From positions 2,910,001 to 2,942,000 of the forward strand of contig NC_013202.1 in NCBI RefSeq assembly GCF_000023965.1: 32,000 bases of DNA. The letters run 5' to 3'. Numbering within the stretch: the stretch's first letter is position 1; every line of letters begins with the position of its first letter. The DNA is from Halomicrobium mukohataei DSM 12286. GTDB lineage: Archaea; Halobacteriota; Halobacteria; Halobacteriales; Haloarculaceae. The translations under genes were made by a program, and so were the position numbers. Positions 17,974-25,158 of this stretch are shown in pieces. The notes beneath the pieces are model-generated. The model saw only the letters and a program-made list of their open reading frames with translations. It was not told where the DNA came from and did no database searches.

Positions 17974-17981
17974 CACATAAG
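17974..17981 (-). promoter_or_regulatory. TATA-like element (CTTATGTG on the minus strand) for the trpCBA operon
   Basis: 26-33 nt upstream of the trpC ATG at 17948. Confidence 0.4.
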
Positions 17982-18121
17982 ACTTGCCCTTGGCGACGAC
18001 GCCCTCGGCCCGGTTCGTTCGGTGGCCCTCGGCGGAGCGGCTTCGTCGGCGGAGACCCGTCGGCGTCCGGTCGTCGGTCGGGAGCCGAATCTTCAAGACG
18101 CGACCGGGCGAGTGATCGGAC

Positions 18122-18586
18122 ATGGCCAGCCCAGACGCGGGAATCTACGCGCGCGAGTTCGAGTTTCTCGACCGGTACGTCCAGCTCGGGGCGGCGGGCG
18201 AGAAGATCATCCAGCTGTCGTTCCCCGAGCAGCCGGCAGCGGAGAGTCGAACCGACCACGACCTCCTCGACCGGATCGAGGCGTATCTGAGCAACGAGAC
18301 GGACGATTTCCGTGACGTCGATGTCGGCCTGACCGTCTCGACCGAGCGCCGGAGCGTGCTCGAAGCGGTCCGGGAGATCCCCTACGGCGAGGAGGCCGGC
18401 GTCGACCAGCTCGTACGGATGACACCGGTGCTCGATCCGAACGACGACGAGAGCGCGCGGATCGTCAGGGAGGCCCTCGCGGACAACCCGGTCCCGCTGG
18501 TGATCCCCGACCATCGCGTCCGGGACGGCCCCAGCGGCGCGCCGCCGGCAGTCGAGCAGAAGCTCCGGAGCATCGAGGGGCTGTGA
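18122..18586 (+). CDS. MGMT-family (O6-alkylguanine-DNA alkyltransferase-like) protein lacking the acceptor cysteine
   Basis: The C-terminal domain aligns to the Ogt pattern (EIPYGE...NPVPLVIP-D-HRV). The canonical PCHR is PDHR here (Asp130, GAC at 18509-18511). Confidence 0.8.
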   Translation: MASPDAGIYAREFEFLDRYVQLGAAGEKIIQLSFPEQPAAESRTDHDLLDRIEAYLSNETDDFRDVDVGLTVSTERRSVLEAVREIPYGEEAGVDQLVRMTPVLDPNDDESARIVREALADNPVPLVIPDHRVRDGPSGAPPAVEQKLRSIEGL

Positions 18587-18641
18587 GACGCGTTCGGGCC
18601 GACGACCGCCCCCGGTCGGGCGCGAACCCGAGAGCCACACG

Positions 18642-18651
18642 CTTATGTAAT
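18642..18651 (+). promoter_or_regulatory. TATA-like element (CTTATGTAAT) for the toxin-antitoxin operon
   Basis: 22-31 nt upstream of ATG 18673. Confidence 0.45.
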
Positions 18652-18672
18652 ACGGCGTAGTTGAGCGCAAAC

Positions 18673-18975
18673 ATGCCGACGATCAGTGCGCGCCTCTCCG
18701 ACGAGGAGCAGACAGAGCTGGACGCCGTCGCAGAACTGCTCGCAGAGGACCGTTCGACGACGATCAGGAAGGCCCTCGACGAGGGGCTGGAGACCCTCCG
18801 GATCCGGGTCGCGGTCGAGCGCTACCAGTCCGGCGACGTGTCGGCCGCCGAGGCCGCACAGCTGGCCGATCTCTCGATCGCCGAGTGGCTCGACGTGGCT
18901 CGGGAACGCAACCTCACGACACAGCTCGCGCTGTCGGATCTGGAGCTCGACGCCGACACCGCGGCGGAGCTATGA
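18673..18975 (+). CDS. antitoxin: ribbon-helix-helix N-terminus fused to a UPF0175-like domain (100 aa)
   Basis: MPTISARLSDEEQTELDAVA...TIRKALDEGL is CopG/RHH-like. RVAVERYQSGDVSAAEAAQLADLSIAEWLDVARERN matches the UPF0175 pattern. The stop overlaps the next start (ATGA at 18972-18975). Confidence 0.75.
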   Translation: MPTISARLSDEEQTELDAVAELLAEDRSTTIRKALDEGLETLRIRVAVERYQSGDVSAAEAAQLADLSIAEWLDVARERNLTTQLALSDLELDADTAAEL

Positions 18976-19490
18976 GTCGGATCTACGTCGGTCCGACGGC
19001 GGTGTACAGCCTCGGGCAGGTCGGCGAACTCTCTTTGCTGACCTCGTTCGACGGCGACGTGGTCGTACCCAAGCCCGTCCGCGAGGCCTCGGCCGTCGAG
19101 CCGACGGTGACGAACCTCGACGAGTTGCTCGACGGCGACGACGTGCGAGCGGTCACCGAAGCCGACGCCGACATCGAGCGCGCGCAGCGACTCCTCGGCG
19201 AGAAGGACGTGGGGACGGCGGCGGCGGTGATCGCGGGGGTCCTGGCGCGTCGGGACTCCGACGACCGATCGGCCGTCGCGGTCGTCTCGGAGGATCGGAC
19301 CGTCCGCCAGATGTGTCGCGGACTCGGTGCCCAGGTCACCAGCAGCTTCGGCGTCGTCGTCCGGGCGACGCTGGAAGACAAGTACCTGAGCCCGCGACAG
19401 GCAAAGCGGATCGTCCGCCGGATCGACCAGCACGGGATGCATCTGACCGGCGAACTCCGCGAGCGCGCCGTCGGCGAGATCGGCGACTAG
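18972..19490 (+). CDS. DUF3368-type PIN-like putative toxin (172 aa)
   Basis: Internal ATG of track ORF 18885..19490. The C-terminal pattern SEDRTVRQMCRGLGAQVTSSFGVVVRA...LSPRQAKRIVRRI resembles DUF3368, the usual partner of UPF0175 antitoxins (recollection). Confidence 0.65.
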   Translation: MSRIYVGPTAVYSLGQVGELSLLTSFDGDVVVPKPVREASAVEPTVTNLDELLDGDDVRAVTEADADIERAQRLLGEKDVGTAAAVIAGVLARRDSDDRSAVAVVSEDRTVRQMCRGLGAQVTSSFGVVVRATLEDKYLSPRQAKRIVRRIDQHGMHLTGELRERAVGEIGD

Positions 19491-19714
19491 GGTTGTACCG
19501 CCTGTGAGGTCGACGGGTCCTCGCGGACGAGGATGTAGATCAGCAGTCCGATGACGCCGCCGACGAACGTGACGACGGCCCACAGCGTCGCGCTGTCCAT
19601 GCCGCGGTCGGTCGCGTCGTTGTACACCCAGTACGACACCCACACCCACAGCGCGGTGATTGCGAGGCCGAACAACAGAAAGACTAGGACGAATCCAGCC
19701 TGGAGGGGGACCAT
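19487..19714 (-). CDS. small two-TM membrane protein (75 aa)
   Basis: MVPLQAGFVLVFLLFGLAITALWVWVSYWVYNDATDRG...LWAVVTFVGGVIGLLIYILV. ATG 19714 is preferred over GTG 19744 because the TATA element sits at 19746-19754. Confidence 0.6.
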   Translation of the reverse strand: MVPLQAGFVLVFLLFGLAITALWVWVSYWVYNDATDRGMDSATLWAVVTFVGGVIGLLIYILVREDPSTSQAVQP

Positions 19715-19745
19715 TTGGAACACGCGTGGCTGGTGTCGTGGCACC

Positions 19746-19754
19746 GATAAAAAT
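19746..19754 (-). promoter_or_regulatory. TATA box (ATTTTTATC on the minus strand)
   Basis: GATAAAAAT at 19746-19754, 32-40 nt upstream of the minus-strand ATG at 19714. Confidence 0.45.
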
Positions 19755-19786
19755 CGTGTGGTAGCCGTCGAGAGCGTCGGCCAGAG

Positions 19787-20191
19787 CCGGTCGCTTTCGA
19801 GGACCGCTCACTTCGTTCGCGCCCCTCGCTCCCTACGGACTCAATCTCTGACGATCTCGCGGGAAGAGAGGAAGACGGTCCTGCGAGACTCACCCTGTTC
19901 GTCTCGCTGGCTCCCAGGTTTGTCGCTGCTCGCGTGTCGCTTCGCTCCCGCTCGCTTTCGAGGACCGCTCACTTCGTTCGCGCCCCTCGCCCCCTACGGA
20001 CTCAATCTCTGACGATCTCGCGGGAAGAGAGGAAGACAGTCCTGCGAGACTCACTCTGTTCGTCTCGCTGGCTCTCAGGTTTGTCGCTGCTCGCGTGTCG
20101 CTTCGCTCCCGCTCGCTTTCGAGGACCGCTCACTTCGTTCGCGCCCCTCGCCCCCTACGGACTCAATCTCTGACGATCTCGTGGGAAGAGA
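19787..20191. repeat. 161-bp tandem repeat array (about 2.5 copies) that includes the last 37 nt of aspS
   Basis: Full units at 19833-19993 and 19994-20154 differ at 3 positions. A partial unit at 19787-19832 matches the unit tail. The array ends in the genuine aspS 3' end (20155-20191, 1 mismatch). Each unit starts with CTACGGACTCAATCTCTGACGATCTCGCGGGAAGAGA, which is the reverse complement of ...[10 protein letters not shown]-stop. Confidence 0.92.
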
Positions 20192-21453
20192 ACGGCTTCG
20201 CGGATGTTGCCGAGACCGAGCATCGTCATGATGAGGCGTTCGCCGCCCAGGCCCCAGCCGGCGTGTGGGGGCATCCCGTACTTGAACATCTTCGTGTAGT
20301 AGTCGAAGGCTTCTGGATCGAGGCCCTGCTGTTCGAACCCGTCGACGAGGTGGTCGTAGCGGTGTTCACGCTGGCCGCCAGAGACCAGCTCCATCTCGGG
20401 GTGCATCATGTCGAAGCCGGTTGAGACCTCGTCGTCCTTGTCCATGATGTAGAACGGTTTGATCTCGCTGGGCCAGTCGGTGATGAAGTAGTGCTCGCCC
20501 ACGTCCTGGCCGAGCGCGTGTTCGCCCTCGGTCGGCAGGTCGTCGCCCCAGACGAGCGGCTCGTCGAGCTCGCCCGTGGCGTTGATGCGCTCGATGGCCT
20601 CCTCGTAGGTCAGGCGCGGGAAGTCGCCTTCGGGTGCCTCGAACTCGTCGGCCAGGTCCAGCGCAACGAGTTCGTCCTGACAGTTCTCTTCGACGGCCTC
20701 GTAAGCGGCCTTGACGACGGCCTCGCAGGCGTCCATCGCTTCGGTGTGATCGGCGAACGCCGACTCGAAGTCGATCGAGGTCGCCTCGTTGAGGTGTCGG
20801 GGCGTGTTGTGTTCCTCGGCGCGGAAGATCGGCCCGATCTCGAAGACCCGCTCCAGTCCGGAGCCGACCATCAGCTGCTTGAACAGCTGGGGGCTCTGGT
20901 TCATGAACGCTTCCTGGCCGAAGTATGTGATCGGGAACAGCTCGGTGCCGCCCTCGGTGCCGGTGGCGACGATCTTGGGCGTGTTGATCTCCGTGCAGCC
21001 GAGTTCGCGGAACTGCTCGCGCACCGCGCGCAGCACTTCCGCGCGGATCTCGAAGATCGCCTTGACCTCGTCCTTGCGGAGGTCCAGCGTGCGGTTGTCC
21101 AGTCGGGTCGACAGCTCGGCGTCGACCTTGCCGGAGGGGTCGAGTGGCAGTTCGGGGTCGGCCTCGCTGATCACGTCGACCGACGCGGGCGTGACCTCGA
21201 CGCCGGTCGGGGCGCGGGGCTCTTCTTCCACGTCGCCCGTCACGGAGATGACGGACTCGCGGTGGACGTTCAGACCCGTCTCCACGAGATCGTCGTCCAT
21301 CTCCTCGACCTCGAACTTGACCTGAATCTTGCCGGTCGTGTCTCGGAGGATGAGGAATGCGATGCCACCGAGGTCGCGCACCTCGTGGACCCAGCCGGCG
21401 ACGGTGACCGTGTCACCGGGCTCGGCGTCTGCCGTGTACGTTCGATCGTCCAT
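20155..21453 (-). CDS. aspS: aspartate--tRNA ligase (archaeal type)
   Basis: OB-fold N-terminus ([19 protein letters not shown]), class II motif 2 [14 protein letters not shown], motif 3 [11 protein letters not shown], and the C-terminus [12 protein letters not shown]. Confidence 0.95.
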   Translation of the reverse strand: MDDRTYTADAEPGDTVTVAGWVHEVRDLGGIAFLILRDTTGKIQVKFEVEEMDDDLVETGLNVHRESVISVTGDVEEEPRAPTGVEVTPASVDVISEADPELPLDPSGKVDAELSTRLDNRTLDLRKDEVKAIFEIRAEVLRAVREQFRELGCTEINTPKIVATGTEGGTELFPITYFGQEAFMNQSPQLFKQLMVGSGLERVFEIGPIFRAEEHNTPRHLNEATSIDFESAFADHTEAMDACEAVVKAAYEAVEENCQDELVALDLADEFEAPEGDFPRLTYEEAIERINATGELDEPLVWGDDLPTEGEHALGQDVGEHYFITDWPSEIKPFYIMDKDDEVSTGFDMMHPEMELVSGGQREHRYDHLVDGFEQQGLDPEAFDYYTKMFKYGMPPHAGWGLGGERLIMTMLGLGNIREAVLFPRDRQRLSP

Positions 21454-21476
21454 GGGCGTTCGTTTGACGGGCGGGA

Positions 21477-21483
21477 CTTAAAC
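21477..21483 (-). promoter_or_regulatory. TATA-like element (GTTTAAG on the minus strand) for aspS
   Basis: 24-30 nt upstream of the aspS ATG at 21453, in the 35-nt gap after the upstream gene. Confidence 0.4.
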
Positions 21484-21488
21484 TCCGT

Positions 21489-22580
21489 TTATTCTCTCTC
21501 GTCGATGGCGTCCCGTGACAGCCCGCGGATCGTCTCGGGAGCCACGCCACAGCGATCCCAGGCCGGCAGTCGACGGTCCTCGCCGGGGTCGGCCACCCCA
21601 CGGACGTACTCCCGAACCTGCTCGCGTTCGCTGGCGGCGTCGTAGGTCAGTCCGTTGAACCGCGCGTCGGCGGCGTACTGGTCGACGAGCGCGTCGGCAG
21701 CGGTCGTGTACGCGTCCCGGAGGCGGTCGTACTCGACGGCGACGCCCTGGTCGTCGAGCACCCGGAAGAGCGCGCCACCGACCGCCTCGCACATATCGCC
21801 CAGTCCCGACGGGCCGCCGACCGAGCGGTGGTCGTGCTCGTGGGTCCCCAGGTCGACCTGTGCGCTGCCGGCGAAGCCCGCCGCGTCGTAGGCGTCCCCG
21901 AGCGTGCCGATCTCCAGCCCCCAGCCGGGCTGGGCACGGAGCGATCTGGCGACCGCGCTCGTCGCGGCGAACTCGCCGGCCAGCGCGTAGCGAAACGACA
22001 GGAGGTAGTCGATCACCGGATGATCGACCGTCTCGTCGAGGGCGCGCAAGAGCGGGCGGACGAACAGGCGAAACAGCCGCCCGTAGAGCCGCCCGTCCTC
22101 GACGCGGGCGTAGTAGCCCTTGGCGAAGCTGTGGTCTCCGGCCAGGGGTGCGAGCAGTTTCGGGACCTGCTCGGCCCCGTAGCTCGTGGCGTCGGCGTCG
22201 TGTACCACCACGTAGTCGTGGCGCGCGGCCACGCCCAGCGCGAGCCACACGTCTCGGCCCTTGCCGGCCTCGGCGACGAGGTCACGCTCGCGCAGGTGCT
22301 CCTCGACGCGGGGCGCGTTGCACCACAGCACCTCGGCGTCGAAGTCGAAGCCGTCGATCCACTCGGTCACCGCGGCCACCTCGCCCGGGCCGGCCCGCAA
22401 CGGGACGTACACCTGCTCGGGGTCGACCGACGCCAGCGTCGAGAAGACGTGCTCGGCGGCGAGGCTGGCGTGCTCGCGCTCGGTCATGGGGACGACGACC
22501 GCGGCCCGATCGGTCGGCGCGGCGGGGTTCGTGCCGTCGTAATCGTGTAGCGTAGCGATCCGTTCCTGGACGTACTCCAT
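21489..22580 (-). CDS. GT-A glycosyltransferase, glucosyl-/mannosyl-3-phosphoglycerate synthase-like (363 aa)
   Basis: Internal ATG (MEYVQERIATL...) of track ORF 21489..23645. VVVPMTERE, DxD in VVVHDADATSY, and GWGLEIGTLGDA, which resembles the GpgS G(Y/W)G(V/L)EIG motif from memory. Confidence 0.65.
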   Translation of the reverse strand: MEYVQERIATLHDYDGTNPAAPTDRAAVVVPMTEREHASLAAEHVFSTLASVDPEQVYVPLRAGPGEVAAVTEWIDGFDFDAEVLWCNAPRVEEHLRERDLVAEAGKGRDVWLALGVAARHDYVVVHDADATSYGAEQVPKLLAPLAGDHSFAKGYYARVEDGRLYGRLFRLFVRPLLRALDETVDHPVIDYLLSFRYALAGEFAATSAVARSLRAQPGWGLEIGTLGDAYDAAGFAGSAQVDLGTHEHDHRSVGGPSGLGDMCEAVGGALFRVLDDQGVAVEYDRLRDAYTTAADALVDQYAADARFNGLTYDAASEREQVREYVRGVADPGEDRRLPAWDRCGVAPETIRGLSRDAIDERE

Positions 22581-22605
22581 CACTCCCCACTTCGGTTCCG
22601 GCCTC

Positions 22606-22610
22606 AAAAA
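22606..22610 (-). terminator. oligo-T tract (T5 on the minus strand) after the MFS gene
   Basis: AAAAA at 22606-22610, 9-13 nt downstream of the MFS stop. Archaeal termination typically uses oligo-T. The tract could also act as the A/T element 26-30 nt upstream of ATG 22580. Confidence 0.3.
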
Positions 22611-22618
22611 CAGCGTGC

Positions 22619-23791
22619 CTACGCCCGTGCGCCGGTCGGAAGCTGGCCGTCGACGTACAGTCCCGTGAGCCCGAGCAACACCGCCGCGAGCACCGCCACC
22701 AGCCAGGTGAAGATCGTCTCGAAGGAGTAGCCGGCCGACGAGAGGCTGCCGACGATCGTACTTCCCGAGGCCTGGATGATCATCATCGTCCCGCTGTAGA
22801 CGGCGTAGGCGCTCCCGCGGTGGTGGTCCGGGAGCGAGCCCAGCAGGTACGTGTCGACCGCGGGAAAGAGGCTGTGGATCACGTAGCCGAGAACGGCGCT
22901 GAGGACCGCCAGCCCGAGATAGCCGGACAGCAGCGTCGTCGCGTAGACCGAGAGCAGGAACCCGCCGATGATCGAGAGGATGTAGGGCAACACCGGCAGT
23001 CGGTCGGCCAGCCGCCCGGAGACGAAGAAAGCCGGCACGCCAGCGCCGAACGCGATCGTCAGCAACTGGTTCGCCTGGGCACCGGTCAGCCCCTTCGCGA
23101 GGAAGTACTTCACGTAGAAGTTGAACAGGCCGTTCCAGACCAGCCCCGTGACGCCGATGACGGCCACGCCCGCGAGCACGATCCGCCACTGGTGGCGCGC
23201 GGCCGCCAGGAAGGCGGTGTCTTCCGCACCGGCGTCGGGCATCTCCGTCCGACGAGCGGTGAGGGCGAAGGCGATCCCGGAGACGACGGCGGCGACGGCC
23301 ATCGCTCGGAACACGGTGCGCCAGTCGCCGACGCCCAGAGCGGCAACGACGATCGCCGGTGCACTGACGGCGGCGAGCTGGCTGGCGGTGCCGTGGATAC
23401 CCAGGGTCGAGCCGACCCGGTCGGGGAACAGTTCGCTCGCCAGGGGATTGCCCGCGATGAAGTACGAGCCGCTGGCCAGTCCCATCAGGAAGGCCCCCAC
23501 CATCACGGCCGGGACGCTGTTGGCGAGCGACGTGGCGACGGCCGCGACCGCCAGGATTCCCGAGGACGCGAGGATGACGACGCTGCGAGAGATGTGCGTC
23601 AGGAGGTAGCCAGTCGGGATGCGAGGCAGTGCGCTCCCGAGCCACGCGAGCGTCGCGATGGTCCCCAGCGCGGCGTCGTTGGCGTCGAGCGCGGTACCGA
23701 GTGGCTCCAGCAGGGGCGCGAACACGACCCGTGCGAGGTTGACCAGGAAGACGAGCCCCAGCAACGACCCGAAGACCGTTCGACGAGACAC
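22619..23791 (-). CDS. MFS transporter
   Basis: 390 aa with about 12 hydrophobic helices, the N-terminal pattern LVNLARVVFAPLLEPL and a central loop. GTG start at 23791, with no in-frame ATG nearby. Confidence 0.85.
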   Translation of the reverse strand: MSRRTVFGSLLGLVFLVNLARVVFAPLLEPLGTALDANDAALGTIATLAWLGSALPRIPTGYLLTHISRSVVILASSGILAVAAVATSLANSVPAVMVGAFLMGLASGSYFIAGNPLASELFPDRVGSTLGIHGTASQLAAVSAPAIVVAALGVGDWRTVFRAMAVAAVVSGIAFALTARRTEMPDAGAEDTAFLAAARHQWRIVLAGVAVIGVTGLVWNGLFNFYVKYFLAKGLTGAQANQLLTIAFGAGVPAFFVSGRLADRLPVLPYILSIIGGFLLSVYATTLLSGYLGLAVLSAVLGYVIHSLFPAVDTYLLGSLPDHHRGSAYAVYSGTMMIIQASGSTIVGSLSSAGYSFETIFTWLVAVLAAVLLGLTGLYVDGQLPTGARA

Positions 23792-23842
23792 GCTAACTGG
23801 TCAGTCAGTCAACGGCACAAACCTTCCGGTCCGTCGCGAGCC

Positions 23843-23848
23843 TTTTTA
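23843..23848 (+). promoter_or_regulatory. TATA-like element (TTTTTA) for the Zn-finger microprotein
   Basis: 25-30 nt upstream of ATG 23873. Confidence 0.4.
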
Positions 23849-23872
23849 CGCTCGGCCGTTCCACCACCAGCT

Positions 23873-24040
23873 ATGGACTCAGTACGGTCCGGACTTCGGG
23901 CGGGGGATCTGGAGAAGGACAACTACGGGCGGCTCTCCTGTACCAGCTGTGGCAAGCAGCTGGGAACGGAGAACGACCCCGACGAGATCGGAAAGATCCG
24001 CGTCTGTCCCGGCTGTGAGAGCAAGTGGCAGGAGATGTAG
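23873..24040 (+). CDS. small zinc-finger protein (55 aa, two CxxC pairs)
   Basis: MDSVRSGLRAGDLEKDNYGRLSCTSCGKQLGTENDPDEIGKIRVCPGCESKWQEM. This is the 3' part of track ORF 22820..24040. It has its own TATA, and the upstream part of that ORF is antisense to the MFS gene. Confidence 0.6.
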   Translation: MDSVRSGLRAGDLEKDNYGRLSCTSCGKQLGTENDPDEIGKIRVCPGCESKWQEM

Positions 24041-25126
24041 CTACTCGAAGACGGCGTCGAACGCGCTCGCACCGAGTGGTTCGTACCGACCGGCCGCGAC
24101 GTTCTCGACGACGTGTTCGGGCGATCCCATCCCGACCAGTGCGGACGTGACGCCCGGCGGAGACCGGGCGAAGTTGATCGACCGCTGGACGCTGGTGTCG
24201 CCGTCTAGTCTGGCCGCGATATCGTCGGGCAGCCCCGTCGACAGCTCCCCTTGCATGATCGACGCGCTGGTAAACACCGACAGCTCGGCCTCGTGGGCGA
24301 ACCACAGCGCGGACTGGGTGCCCTCCGCGCCCTCGTGGGCCTCGACGGTGAAGGCGTCGGCCATCTGAACGTTGAACGGGAGCTGGACCCCGCGAAAGCC
24401 GGTCGTCTCGTTTTCCACCGTGGCGGCCGCCGACTGTGCACGACGCACGATCTCGGGCAGCGAGAGGTAGCTGTCGTGGTCCGCTGGCACCCGGAACGCG
24501 TCCCACGTCGCCACGCCGTAGTGTCTGATGTCTCCCGCCGCGCGGCGTCGCTCCAGGCGCTCGAAGGTCGCTTCGAGCTGGTCGTACACCGCCGCTCGCG
24601 AGTTCGCTTCGAGCTGTGTCTCCGGGTTGTGGACGTAGTAGAGGTCGATCGTGTCCACACCGAGGTTGTCCAGCGAGCGGTCGAGCTGGTCCTCGATGAA
24701 CGCCGGTGCGATGCAGTGGTGCCCGCGGACGAGGTCGTCGCTGTCGACGATGCCGGTGTCGAGATACTCCGACCCGACGTACGCGCCGGGATCGTCCGGG
24801 CGGTCCTCGTCGAAGGGGACGAATCCGCCTTTCGTCGCCACGAGGACCGACTCTCTGTCGACCGGCCCCGTCCGGACGACGTCGCCGACGACGCGCTCCG
24901 AGCGCTGGTGTCGGTAGTTGATCGCCGTGTCGACGACGTTGATTCCGGAGCGGAGCGCATCGGCGATCGCTTCCCGGTAGCGCTCGTCTTGCTCGTCGGT
25001 CGGATCGCCCAGGTAGGTGCCGACGCCGATGCTCGAGACGACACAGTCGCCGAACCGCCTGAAGTAAGTGCGGGCGAAGTCGTCGTGGTCGTCACGGTAG
25101 GCCCAGGTCGCCGACTGAGTTGCCAT
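24041..25126 (-). CDS. aldo/keto reductase
   Basis: VVDTAINYRHQRSERVVG, LYYVHNPE and a C-terminal ALVGMGSPEHV pattern. 361 aa. Confidence 0.9.
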   Translation of the reverse strand: MATQSATWAYRDDHDDFARTYFRRFGDCVVSSIGVGTYLGDPTDEQDERYREAIADALRSGINVVDTAINYRHQRSERVVGDVVRTGPVDRESVLVATKGGFVPFDEDRPDDPGAYVGSEYLDTGIVDSDDLVRGHHCIAPAFIEDQLDRSLDNLGVDTIDLYYVHNPETQLEANSRAAVYDQLEATFERLERRRAAGDIRHYGVATWDAFRVPADHDSYLSLPEIVRRAQSAAATVENETTGFRGVQLPFNVQMADAFTVEAHEGAEGTQSALWFAHEAELSVFTSASIMQGELSTGLPDDIAARLDGDTSVQRSINFARSPPGVTSALVGMGSPEHVVENVAAGRYEPLGASAFDAVFE

Positions 25127-25158
25127 AGTCGTCGTTGGCTCTCGACGGTCAAAAGCGG

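Noticed and set aside
19787-20191. Possibility that the tandem repeats (here and at 2281..2373) are CRISPR arrays
   Set aside because: The units are directly adjacent with no unique spacers, there are only 2-3 copies, the unit lengths (161 and 43 bp) do not form a repeat-spacer pattern, and no cas genes are present.
19551-20424. ORFs of 69-153 aa inside the 161-bp repeat array (19551..20012, 19684..19893, 19934..20173, 20095..20424)
   Set aside because: Their repetitive peptides ([29 protein letters not shown]...) simply reflect translation of the tandem repeat. They have no promoter element and poor codon bias.
20491-21645. 384-aa plus-strand ORF
   Set aside because: It is antisense to aspS (class II aaRS motifs on the minus strand) and has shadow-ORF composition.
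22581-23645. N-terminal 355 codons of track ORF 21489..23645
   Set aside because: It overlaps the MFS transporter gene out of frame and has an Arg/Gly/Pro-rich composition. The glycosyltransferase similarity begins at ATG 22580, just after an A/T tract.
22820-23872. N-terminal 351 codons of track ORF 22820..24040
   Set aside because: It is antisense to the MFS gene. Only the last 55 codons (with their own TATA and two CxxC pairs) look like a real gene.
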